This document shows positions 12,752 through 23,800 of a DNA stretch of 64,000 nt, in pieces. The translations under genes and the position numbers were made by a program. Source of the DNA: Piromyces finnis finn (taxonomy: Eukaryota; Fungi; Neocallimastigomycota); assembly GCA_002104945.1 (NCBI GenBank), contig MCFH01000097.1:31046-95045 (forward strand), read 5' to 3'. Position 1 is the first letter of the stretch, and each line of letters opens with the position of its first letter. Under the pieces are notes generated by a model. The model saw nothing but the letters and a program-made list of their open reading frames with translations. It did no database searches and was not told the DNA's origin.

Positions 12752-13368
12752 TGTAAAGATATCAAACGCCTCAACTTGATATCTTTAATGTAACTTAAGC
12801 CACAAGTATTATTGTTTAAGTTACACAAATTATATTCAGAAAAAGAAAATGAGACATAATTTATTTATTAATAATTAAAGTTTAAAACAAAATAAATTAT
12901 TAATTTATTTTTAATGTTTAACAAGTAAATTAAAATTCTCAATTTAAATCCCTAGTTTTAGTATTGTTTTTTTCATAGAAATAGATAAATAATATATAAA
13001 TAATAAATGATTAATATATCAATAATACATGGGCACATATTCAAATTAAATAGTACTTAATTTGAATTGCCAATTGTATTTTACTAAAAATAGTTATAGT
13101 TTAAATATTTATTGATAATTAAGATTTTAGTGTAGATTTTAAATAATAATATATAAGAAATAAATAGTTATAATATAATATAATTGTACTTAGGAAAAAT
13201 ATAAATAGAAGATATTTTTCATCATTTTGATCGATGTAATTGTTATTAATAAATTTCTATTATAATAAAAGATATTTTTTAATAAAACAATTTTTATTTT
13301 TATTTTAAATTTAGTGTTATTGTAATAGAATAGATATCCTAATCTATTCTTTCTGTGTCGCCATTACA
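12752..13368 (+). mobile_element. Solo LTR family B, TSD TAATA
   Basis: TGTAA...TTACA termini; TAATA on both sides; shares ATCGATGTAATTGTTATT with the E3 LTR. Confidence 0.9.
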
Positions 13369-13378
13369 TAATAATACT

Positions 13379-13411
13379 TGATAAATAATTAAATTTATAA
13401 ATTATGAATTT

Positions 13412-13447
<36 letters not shown>

Positions 13448-13518
13448 AAACACAGATAGTTAAAAATTAAAATAATTAACATGTATAAAATTATTAAATT
13501 AAAAATTATAAATGTAAA

Positions 13519-13549
<31 letters not shown>

Positions 13550-13980
13550 TAAATTAAATAGTTTATATTTGCTTATAATTATATTTTAAAATAATAATTT
13601 TGTATAAATAGTGATAGAATTACTTTATTTTAAAAGATGTTCCTAATAATCCAGAGCGAAAAATTAGATAATATTTTTAAATATTAAATTCAAAAATGAT
13701 TTTATAATAAAACTTATTTTTAAAAGGGTTACTAATAATCCCTGAAAATTAGAATATAAAACATACTTTTTTTTTATTTAATAATACTAGAGTTATTAAA
13801 TAATGATATAATTTTATAATTAAATAAACTTTATATTTTTAAACATTAACTAATACTTGCAAATGAACAAGTATAAAAATCATTTATTTTATTTTATTTT
13901 TTTTTATTTTTTTTTTAGATACAAATATTATCACTTTCTATATTCATTTATAGAATTAAGATAATATCCTCTTCGTATCA
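13379..13980 (+). mobile_element. LTR family D (related to the E2 LTR)
   Basis: Starts TGATAAATAAT like the E2 LTR 5' end and ends CGTATCA; homologous copies near 32.5-33.2, 42, 46.5, 60.7 and 62.1-62.75 kb. Confidence 0.7.
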
Positions 13981-13984
13981 ATGT

Positions 13985-15417
13985 TGATATAATTTAATAA
14001 TAATCTTAATTTTGAATTTTACTTCAAAAAGTGATTATTATATTATATCTTTTGTTATAACTATATAAGTTATATTGATTAAGATTTAAAATCGTTTTTA
14101 TAAAAATTAATAAAATTGTTTTGTTAAAACACTAAATGGTTTTATTAGAAACACTTGTTTTTCTAATATTTAAATATTTAAAATTTTTATTTATTTAAGT
14201 ATGAAAGTGATTATTAAAATTATAAAATATTAATCTAACTATATAATATTTCTTTATTAATAATAATAATAATGATTAAAATAAGAATATTTACATGTAT
14301 TTATATTTTCTTTTAAATTTAAACTATTTACATTAAAACAATAAAATTAATAACTATTTACAATAAAAATAATAAAAGTAATTAGAAATAACAATAAAAG
14401 AAATAATTAAAAGTTAAAGAATATAAAAAGTTGTTTATTTTACAATTAATTAAAGTAATAATTATTTTTAATGTTTTAATAAAGGTGTTTAATTATATTA
14501 TTTTATAACATGAATTATTATATTTGTTTACTTTTAAAGTGTAATTTACTAACGAAGTTATTAAATATTTAATTTAACAATTAATTTAACAAAAGTTATA
14601 TATTTTGATCTCGATTAATTAAAGTTTATTATTTTCTTTCAATAATCAAAATATATGCAGTGTTTAGGATTAATTTTATTTAAGAATTTTGGTAAAGTAC
14701 TTAATTAAACTATAACTTGTTTTAAGTTACTTTTATGGTTAACTTAAAAATCAGGTTTAATAATAATGTAATGCTGACACAGAAAGAATAGATTAGGATA
14801 TCTATTCTATTACAATAACACAAAATTTAAAATAAAATAAAAAATTGTTTTATTAAAAATATCTTTTATTATAATAGAAATTTTATTAATAACAATTACA
14901 TTGATAAAATGATGAAAAATATTTTCTATTTATATTTTTCCTAAATACATTTATATTATATTATAACTATTTATTTAAAATATATTATTATTTAAAACCT
15001 ACACTAAAATCTTAATTATTAATAAAATATTTAAACTATAACTATTTTAGTAAAATTAAATAGGCAATTCAAATCAAATACTATTTAATTTGAATATGTG
15101 CCCATGTATTATTTATATATTAATCATTTATTATTTATATACTATTCATCTTTTTCTATCAAAAAACAATACTAAAACTAAGAAATTAAATTGAGAAATT
15201 TAATTTATTTGTAAAACATTAAAAATAAATTAATAATTTATTTTGTTTCAAACTTTAATTATTAATAAATAAATTATGTCTCATTTTCTTTTTCTGTAAT
15301 ATAAATTGTGTAACTTAAACAATAATACTTGTGGCTTAAGTTACATTAAAGATATCAAGCTGAGGCGTTTGATATCTTTACAAATAATTTTATATTTATT
15401 AATTTCATTATTTATCA
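13985..15417 (-). repeat. E2 3' LTR, interrupted by solo LTR-B
   Basis: Matches 29127-29938 once 14767-15382 plus one TSD is removed; PPT-like AAAAGGCCGAGAAAT is adjacent. Confidence 0.93.
14767..15382 (-). mobile_element. Solo LTR family B (inverted), TSD AATAA
   Basis: Reverse complement of 12752-13368 with scattered differences; AATAA at 14762-14766 and 15383-15387. Confidence 0.9.
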
Positions 15418-15430
15418 ATTTCTCGGCCTT

Positions 15431-18400
15431 TTAAGAATTAACTTCGTCCCTTGAAGTTAAATTTTGTTCTGGTAGAACGTAAGGAAAAATATTTTTAATA
15501 TGTACATTTCTATCAAGTAGTTTTCCTGTATGTGGATCTTCAAGTACGACAGTATTAAATTTTTGTTTATTAACAACTTTATAAGGACCATAAAAATAAG
15601 GATTTAATTTACTTCTTCCTATTAATCTTATCATAACATAATCACCTGGTTTATAAGTTTTCTTTAAAGCTTTGGATAAACCTATTCTATGTTCCCAATA
15701 TTGATTAGCATGATTAGAATATTCAGTAGCTTGTTTTACCCAATTTTGATGCCTTAAAAATCTTCTAAAAATATATTCCTCTTCTGTTTCATTAGGATCT
15801 TTATAAATATCAGGAAACATTATTTCTAATGGCCATGTGTCTCTTCTACCATATAATAATTCGAAACTACTAAACTTTGTTTTTGAATTTTTGGTAGTTC
15901 TAAGTGACCATAATGCAGATGGTAGATATTCATCCCATTCAGATTCATTTTCAATTAAGAGTCTTAAAGTTTTTCCTATTTCTTTGTTTCTATTCTCAAT
16001 CATACCATTAGATTGTGGGTGATGAGGAGAAACAAAATGAACCCATGATCCATATAAATCAATCATCATTTTAGTAATATCAGAAATAAATGAACTTCCA
16101 TTATCAGTAACAATTATTTCTGGTGGACCATGTCTTGTTATTACTTCTATTAAAAATTTTATTACTTCTTCTGATTTCATATTTGGAATTGCTTTAGCTT
16201 CAACCCATTTAGTGAAATAATCAACAAGGGTAATAATATAAGAATTTCCATGTTTAGTAAGTGGTAATGGGCCAACTATATCTAATCTGACTCTAGTAAA
16301 TGGTTGTTCAATTGGGGTTATATTATCTTCAGTATTTTTAGGTAAAGGCTTAGGTCTACAAAGTTGACATTTTCTACAGGACTTTACCCACATTCTAACA
16401 TCATTCCAAATACCAGGCCAATAATAAGATTTTAAAATTCTATTTGTGGTCTTTTCAGCACCTTCATGACCAACAGAATGAGCACGACTAATAATATCTT
16501 TTTTATCTTCATCTTTGTAAATAACTTTAAGATATAATTCATCTTTTTTATAATATAGAGTATTATCAACAACTTGATAATTTTTAGTAAAATATTTTTT
16601 TATTCCTTCAGGTAGGTCTAAATCTTTTGGATTAAAATCAGACAAAATTGCATAAGCACAATTTACTATTTCATCAGAATTTTTAGAAGGTAATCTTGAA
16701 AGGGCATCCGCGAAAACATTTTTCTTTCCTTTATCATATTTTAATTCAATTTTATATTTATTAAATTCTTCAATCCATCTTGCATGATGTCTACCTTTTG
16801 ATGGAATATTCTTTTTATAAAATCCCAGTAATGGTTTATGATCAGTAATTAATATGGTAGGATTTTTATTACTTATAATATATTGACGAAATTGTAGAAT
16901 TGCATAATAAATAGCTAATCCTTCAAGGTCAGTAACAGAATAATTCTTTTCTGAAGTAGATAAAGTACGACTAATACAACAAATTGGATGTTCCAATTTG
17001 TCCCCCTCCACCTGTAAGAGTACAGCACCAATGCCATTAGTTGATGCATCAGTACGAATAATAAATTCTTTATTAAAATCAGGATAACTTAAAATAGGAT
17101 CACTTAATAGACATTGTCGGATATCTTCAAAAGCATTATTACATTCTTGTGACCAAATATATTCTTGGTCTTTCTTTAATAAATTAAAAAGAGAGCTTGC
17201 TCTAATAGAAAAATTTTGAATAAACTTGCGGTAGTAACTAGCTAAACCTAGGAATGATCTTAATTCATTAACATTTCTTGGAGCATTCCATAAAGCAATA
17301 CTTTGAACTTTAGAAGGAACAGTTTTTAATCCGTTAGGTGTAAGTACATGTCCTAGTACTTCTACCTTTTCTTGAAAGAATTTACATTTTTGTAAATTAA
17401 GAGAAAGATTATATTTAGATAATATTTCAAAAACTTGTTGCAAATGATAAAGATGTTCTTCTGGTGATTTAGAATAAACAACAATATCATCAATGTAAAC
17501 AAAAAGACATTTACCAATTAATGGTAAGAGAATCCTATTCATTTCTCGCTGGAAAGTAGCGGGAGCATTAGTTAAACCAAATGGCATTACTTTAAAATTA
17601 TAATTACCAAATTTCGTTGTAAAAGCAGTTTTTTCAATATCATTTGGGTTCATAGGAATTTGGTGGTAGCCAGAGTATAAATCTAAAGCAGAAAATATTT
17701 TTGCACCATTAACAGAAGAGATTAATTCATCAATAAAAGGAAGTGCATAAGAATCCTTAATAGTAATTTCATTAAGTCTTCTATAATCAATACACATTCT
17801 CCATTTACCATTTTTCTTTTGTACAAGTAAAACTGGAAATGACCATGGAGAGTGAGAAGGAGTAATTAAACCTTTATCAAGTAATGAAAGAATTTCACTT
17901 TTTAAAATATCAGCATGTTCCTTAGATAATTTATAAGGTTTTAATTTTATTGGTTTATTAGTAGTAGTAATTATAGAATGAGGTTCTAAATCCGCAGTAG
18001 TTAATTGAGACATTGATGTAGCCATACAATTTTTATATTTATTTATAATGTGTTCAAATTTTGATTTAATATTATCAGGTGTTGAATTTAAGATTTCTTT
18101 TAACGTATCTTGAAATTCTTGGTTTTCTTCTTTTGAAATAATTATAGAATTCATTAAGGGAATATCATTAGCATCATTATCATTACTATTGATAATGTTT
18201 GTAATTTTCTTTAAACCTTTTTTAGTTTTCTGGTATATATAATCATCATCAGGGTCAATAAATAAACGGTATTTCTTTTGAATACCTCTTCCAAAAATTA
18301 TATCAAAGTATGGATTACTTTGTTCAATAATATAAAATTTTTCTAAAATAGTACAACAATTATTAATATTTATTTTTAAAGTAGTAAAAACATTTGTAGG

Positions 18401-19204
18401 AACAGTAGTACCATTAGCAATAGTTATATTTTGTTCCTCATCACTTTTTTCAATATTTTTATTTGATAGTTTATTAAAACCATTTGTAGTAATGATATTG
18501 ACATTTGCGCCAGTATCATAAAGAATTTTTAAATATTTTCCATCTATATCACCAATTATTAATGGAATATTAGAGTTATTAAAGGAGTACATCACTTTTT
18601 CAACTTTAGGTTTACATCCTTGTTCTAATTCTTTTCTAAGTGATGGACTAGCAGAAAGTAATTGGGAAAGACTTATTTTTGGATATAAATTATTTGCTTC
18701 TTTAATTATACTAAATTTATCTTTGGTTTTTAACATTTGTATTTCTGTCATATTTCTTTTTGTGGTTACTTTGGTTTTGACAGAATTTTTCTTTACTTTT
18801 ACATCACTTGTTTCATTATTATTTTTAAAAGTTTCTTCATTGGTAGAATCATTAGAGTTATTAATTTCAATAGGTTGGATATGTTCTTTTGTATTAGTAA
18901 CTTCTTCTAAAGGTATTTCATTTGTATTATTTTGTTCTTCTTCACTTTCTATTTCTATTTCTTCATTTGGGGTTTCTTCCATAACTTCATCTTTATCTTC
19001 ACTAATTTTTCTTCTACGAGTATCTCTAATAGCCTTCTTTTGTTGTTTTAAATTCCTAATGTTAGGTTGGTTAAGTATTGAGGGTTTGACAATACTTTTA
19101 TTATTTGGTGATATTTTATTTTTATCTAATGTTTTAACATTTATTTTCTTCTTTTGAGCCGCATTAATAGAATAATTATTTTCATTAGAGATATTGGAAT
19201 TCAT
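15431..19204 (-). CDS. pol: E2 Pol polyprotein (PR-RT-RH-IN)
   Basis: LYDTGA, YIDD, RTDASTNGIG, TDHKPL, H-x4-H/CxxC, DIVGP/TDNG/ENRN, GPY. The frame is open upstream to the slippery site at 19285. Confidence 0.97.
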   Translation of the reverse strand: MNSNISNENNYSINAAQKKKINVKTLDKNKISPNNKSIVKPSILNQPNIRNLKQQKKAIRDTRRRKISEDKDEVMEETPNEEIEIESEEEQNNTNEIPLEEVTNTKEHIQPIEINNSNDSTNEETFKNNNETSDVKVKKNSVKTKVTTKRNMTEIQMLKTKDKFSIIKEANNLYPKISLSQLLSASPSLRKELEQGCKPKVEKVMYSFNNSNIPLIIGDIDGKYLKILYDTGANVNIITTNGFNKLSNKNIEKSDEEQNITIANGTTVPTNVFTTLKININNCCTILEKFYIIEQSNPYFDIIFGRGIQKKYRLFIDPDDDYIYQKTKKGLKKITNIINSNDNDANDIPLMNSIIISKEENQEFQDTLKEILNSTPDNIKSKFEHIINKYKNCMATSMSQLTTADLEPHSIITTTNKPIKLKPYKLSKEHADILKSEILSLLDKGLITPSHSPWSFPVLLVQKKNGKWRMCIDYRRLNEITIKDSYALPFIDELISSVNGAKIFSALDLYSGYHQIPMNPNDIEKTAFTTKFGNYNFKVMPFGLTNAPATFQREMNRILLPLIGKCLFVYIDDIVVYSKSPEEHLYHLQQVFEILSKYNLSLNLQKCKFFQEKVEVLGHVLTPNGLKTVPSKVQSIALWNAPRNVNELRSFLGLASYYRKFIQNFSIRASSLFNLLKKDQEYIWSQECNNAFEDIRQCLLSDPILSYPDFNKEFIIRTDASTNGIGAVLLQVEGDKLEHPICCISRTLSTSEKNYSVTDLEGLAIYYAILQFRQYIISNKNPTILITDHKPLLGFYKKNIPSKGRHHARWIEEFNKYKIELKYDKGKKNVFADALSRLPSKNSDEIVNCAYAILSDFNPKDLDLPEGIKKYFTKNYQVVDNTLYYKKDELYLKVIYKDEDKKDIISRAHSVGHEGAEKTTNRILKSYYWPGIWNDVRMWVKSCRKCQLCRPKPLPKNTEDNITPIEQPFTRVRLDIVGPLPLTKHGNSYIITLVDYFTKWVEAKAIPNMKSEEVIKFLIEVITRHGPPEIIVTDNGSSFISDITKMMIDLYGSWVHFVSPHHPQSNGMIENRNKEIGKTLRLLIENESEWDEYLPSALWSLRTTKNSKTKFSSFELLYGRRDTWPLEIMFPDIYKDPNETEEEYIFRRFLRHQNWVKQATEYSNHANQYWEHRIGLSKALKKTYKPGDYVMIRLIGRSKLNPYFYGPYKVVNKQKFNTVVLEDPHTGKLLDRNVHIKNIFPYVLPEQNLTSRDEVNS

Positions 19205-19250
19205 TTGTGCTTCTTGTGTATTTTGTGAACTATTTGCAATTTTAGTTTTT

Positions 19251-19285
19251 ATGGGAGATTGCTTACTCCCATTATTTAGTTTAAA
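19251..19285 (-). promoter_or_regulatory. E2 -1 frameshift signal (U UUA AAC, 6-nt spacer, 7-bp hairpin)
   Basis: TTTAAAC at 19285-19279 precedes the gag TAA; perfect stem ATGGGAG/CTCCCAT; the -1 frame reads FKLNNGSKQSPIKTK...QMNSN into pol with no stop. Confidence 0.85.
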
Positions 19286-19494
19286 TGATTGTATTCGTCA
19301 TCTAATTCTGGACAATCATTCGTAGTATGACCTATTCTTTTACAATTTAAGCAAACATTAATTTTTAGGTCAGCAAGCTTTTGAGTTATTTCTTTTAACT
19401 CATCATCATTATTTTATGAGTATTTTAAGGTACTTTTTCTTTGCTAAACGTTTTGATTAATATTATTAAATCTTGAATAATTATTGTTATCATT
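19276..19494 (-). pseudogene. gag: E2 gag 3' part with zinc knuckle and two premature stops
   Basis: In frame with 26384-27138 after removing E3; CLNCKRIGHTTNDC; TAG at 19444-19446 and TAA at 19414-19416. Confidence 0.85.
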
Positions 19495-20247
19495 TGTAAA
19501 GATATAATATATATCTTTAGATTATTTAATAATTAACTATTAATTATTAAATAATAAATTAATATTTATTAAAATTAACTATGAAGTTTTTAATATTCAA
19601 TGGAATAATTTAATAATAAATTATTTTATAATAATTCCGTCAAAATTAAATAAAGATAAATATTTAAATTTAAGGAACAAAAGAATCCTAATTAAATTTA
19701 AATATTTCAAATATTTTAAATATTCATAATAACTTTAAATACTTTTTATTTAATTTTAGAATAGTTTAATAATAATATACTTTCTTATTTAAATTTAGAA
19801 TAGTTTAATAATTTTAACTGAGTTTTAAAAATAGATGTGTTTATATTTCAATAGGAAATATATTAAGAATAGTATTGATAATATTAAATTAATTTATAGA
19901 TAATACCTGAGCTTTATTCAATTTTGAGTTTACTCAAATTAAATTAAAAGTATAATGAATTAGTTTTAGTTTAGTTTTATTATTTTATTATTTAATTAGA
20001 TTAGTTTTGTTTATTTTATATTAAATATATGTTTATTTAAATAGAATAATATATTAGAATATAATTATGAAAAAATATAAATACATGTAAATTTTATCAA
20101 TTGAATCGATGTAATTGTTATTTTATTTCTAACCATTAATAAAGAAGATAATTTTTTAAAAAAAAAGAAACTCCTATTTTTATTTTATCGTGTGTTTAAT
20201 TGTTTTATTGTTAAATATATAATCTGTTTTAAGATTAATATTTTACA
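19495..20247 (+). repeat. E3 5' LTR
   Basis: TGTAAA...TTTACA. Confidence 0.96.
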
Positions 20248-20258
20248 ATAACAATTAC
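20248..20258 (+). promoter_or_regulatory. E3 self-priming site
   Basis: ATAACAATTAC abuts the LTR and is the exact 11-nt complement of GTAATTGTTAT at 20111-20121 inside the LTR; no TGG tRNA-type PBS. Confidence 0.85.
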
Positions 20259-20814
20259 CTTTTATTTTAAAAAAACACGTTATATTTTAATAATAAAACA
20301 ATTTTATCTTTGAAACTACTGGAACTTTTGGTGAATCCGAAGTTGTGGAACTACTACTGTGATTTAAAAGCTTACGGAAATTTTCTTTCTACTTGGAACT
20401 CTAGGAATTCTTTTTACTTAGATATTTAGAAGAATTCCCTTTGTGTAACGTTTACTTTGATCTTTAGAAGATATTTTTATAATTATTCTCTCGTGGAATT
20501 CTCTTTGTGTAACGAAAACTCAACCGTTGATACAAAAGTTATTTTTTCGATTAATTATTTTATACTATTAAAGATCTCGACGACACCGTTTGATAGGATA
20601 GAGTCAGATCGACGTCTTTAAATATAGTATATTATCAATTTAATTGAAAAAGGGTAACTTATAAGAGTATTTTGTGATAATACAAAAATAAAATTTTATA
20701 TATTAATGAATTTTTTGACAAGCTATTAAAGAAAGAATAAATTTTGTATCTTTAAAAGCTTCTTAATTTTGATCAAAAAAAAAAAAAAAAAAAATTTAAT
20801 ACCATATTTTCAAA

Positions 20815-23800
20815 GTGGAAGATCTAAATAAAATTTTTCAAAATTTAACTATTAAGGACGTAGAGATGTCAGAAAATCATAGCAACCTTAGGAAAATCAA
20901 TAGTCCACCCCTATTTTATGGAAATAGGAAAGATCTTGAAGGTTTTCTAACTAGAGTCGAACTAACCTTTGAAGATGAACCAGACCGCTTCTCAGATGAT
21001 AGCAAGAAGATTAGATATATTATGTCCTTCTTTGAGGACAAAGCTTTGAAATGGGCTATTATATTAAGGAGAGAAAGAAATCCAATTCTTAACTCCTTAG
21101 ATGATTTTATCCGTGAAATGAGATCACAATTTGGTGATCAAGATTGTGAGACTGTTGTAGCCAATGGAAAACTATGTACAATAAAACAAAAAAGTTACAA
21201 GAATGTTTATTCGTACATAAATGAATTTAAAAGAATTAGCCAGTACTCAAACTTTAATGAGGCCGCTAAAATATATATGTTCATTCAAGGATTACATTAC
21301 AAAATGAGGGAACATCTTGCTGTTGTCGATTCTAATCATGATGACCTCAATAAACTCTACAGTGAAGTTATAAATATTGAGAGTCTCACCAAAAGAATAA
21401 ATATTAGCGAACATTATTTTAAAAATAATGAAGGAAGAGGCAACAAGAAAGATCAAGATAATGATCCTATGGACGTTGATCTTATGAGAATTAAAAGTGG
21501 TAATAAATATACTCATCACTATGCGGATCCAAAAAGGGATTACTATGTTAAGAACAATGATTCCCATGAAGAAGAAAAGAAAAAAGGTCTTTATTTTTTA
21601 TGCAAGAAGCCGGGACACCTACAATTCAACTGTCCTAACAAGAGAAAGCCAATGAATGTTAGAACCATTCAGGAAAAAGGCTCACATTCTAACGATACTG
21701 CCTCTTTGAATAGAATAATTAAGCTAGATAAATTTATGGACATAGCTACAATCCATGAAATTGTGAAGAGAGAAAATTTATCAAGAAAGAAAAATAATAT
21801 CCTTAACTTCTCAATTAAGTCAAATGAAGGAGATGAAGTCAGAGCTAGAGTACTAATTGATTCTGGATCTGATCTTAACTTTATTCACCCTGACTTTATT
21901 AAAAAACATAAAATCGGAACTAGAAAAGTTAAGGAATCAATAAGAGTTACGGGATTGGGATGTGATGTAGCCGTGGTTGAAAGTGAAACAGAAAAGTGTA
22001 TTCTTCGCTATCGAAACCATCTCGAGGTTATCAAGCTCTATGCTCTTAGAATTCCAGATGTCGATATCATTCTTGGTATCCCTTGGATTGATAAGCATAG
22101 CCCTCAAAACTACCACGACGCGAGCAAAATTCGGTTTAATTCTGATTATTGTTCTCGCCATTGTAATAATGGAAAAAGAAAGCACAAATCAAAAAAGAAG
22201 AAATCTAATAAAAAGAACAACTCTATACAAGAAACCAAAATTATGACAAATCCTCAAATTCACAAAAGAAAATTATCGGAGGTAACTGAAGATGCTGATG
22301 AAGATTTTGAATATGTTCGTGGTCGTCGTTCTCGTATTTGTACTATTATTGATAATAATAGTGATAATGATGATTTTTATCATTATAGGAATTTTAATAA
22401 AAACTTAAATTGTAATAACTGTAATAGTATTAGTGATAGTTTTAGTATTGGTAATAATTATAAAAAGAGTTTTAATAGTATTTGTAGTAATAATAATTGT
22501 AAGTGTAATAATTGTCTTAAGTGTATTAATTGTATTAATATGAAAAAATTAAATGTAATTAATGAAAATAACTTAAATAAAGATAAAAAATTGGTCTCAG
22601 TGCCAAAACAATATTTAATTTATAAAGAAGTGTTTAATGAAAATAATTGTAATATGTTACCACCTCATCGTGAATATGATTGTGAAATTAAATTAAAAGA
22701 TAATTCTAATTTGTTTTATGGTCCCCTTTATCCATTAACTGAAGCAGAAAGAGATGAACTAAAAAATTACATTAAAGAAAATTTAGAAAAAGGTTTCATC
22801 AGGAAATCTACATCTCCTGCTGGGGCACCAGTTTTATTTGTTAAAAAGAAAGATGGCTCATTACGGCTATGTGTTGATTATAGGAAGCTTAACGACATGA
22901 CTATTAGAAACTCATACCCTCTTCCTTTGATCAGTGACTTATTAGATAGAGTGAAAGGAGCAAAGTATTTTACTAAGTTAGATTTAAGGTCAGCCTACAA
23001 CTTAGTTAGAATCAAGGAAGGTGATGAATTTAAAACTGCCTTTAGAACTAGGTATGGGCACTTTGAATACCTTGTTATGCCGTTCGGGTTAAAGAATGCA
23101 CCTGCTACCTTCCAGCATTTTATTAATGATGTTCTTAGTGAATATTTGGATGATTTTGTTATTTCCTATATCGATGATATTTTAATTTTCTCAAATAGTT
23201 TAGAAGAACATCATGTACACGTGAAAAAAGTATTAAAGAAATTATTAGATAATAATTTGTTTGTTAAATTAGAAAAGTGTGAATTCGACGTCCCTGAGAC
23301 AACTTTTCTTGGATATGTGTTATCGAGGGAAGGCCTAAGAATGGACAGTAATAAAGTGAAAGCTATTCTTGACTGGCCTGTTCCTACTTCTGTTAAAGAA
23401 GTCCAATTCTTTATTGGTTTATGCAATTATTACAGAATTTTTATTAAAGATTTTGCTAGGATAGCTAATCCGCTGCATAAACTCACTAGAAAAAATGTTC
23501 CTTTTACTTGGAGCTCAGAACATCAGAAAGCATTTGATACCCTCAAAGAATTATTTACTTCCGCACCTATTCTTATAAATCCTGATAGTAATAAACCATT
23601 TATTGTCGAGACTGACGCAAGTAACTTCGCGGTTGGCGCAATTTTGTCACAAGAATTTGAGGGTCAGTTGCATCCGGTCGCTTTTATTTCTTCAAGTTTA
23701 ACAAAGTCTCAAAGAAATTATCAAATCTATGATAAAGAATTGCTTGCTATCAAAGTAGCTCTGGAAGAATGGAGACACTATTTGGAAGGTGCTAGACATC

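Noticed and set aside
12752-15382. Inverted B copies as terminal inverted repeats of one DNA transposon
   Set aside because: Each copy has its own TG...CA termini and separate 5-bp TSD (TAATA, AATAA), so they are independent solo LTRs.
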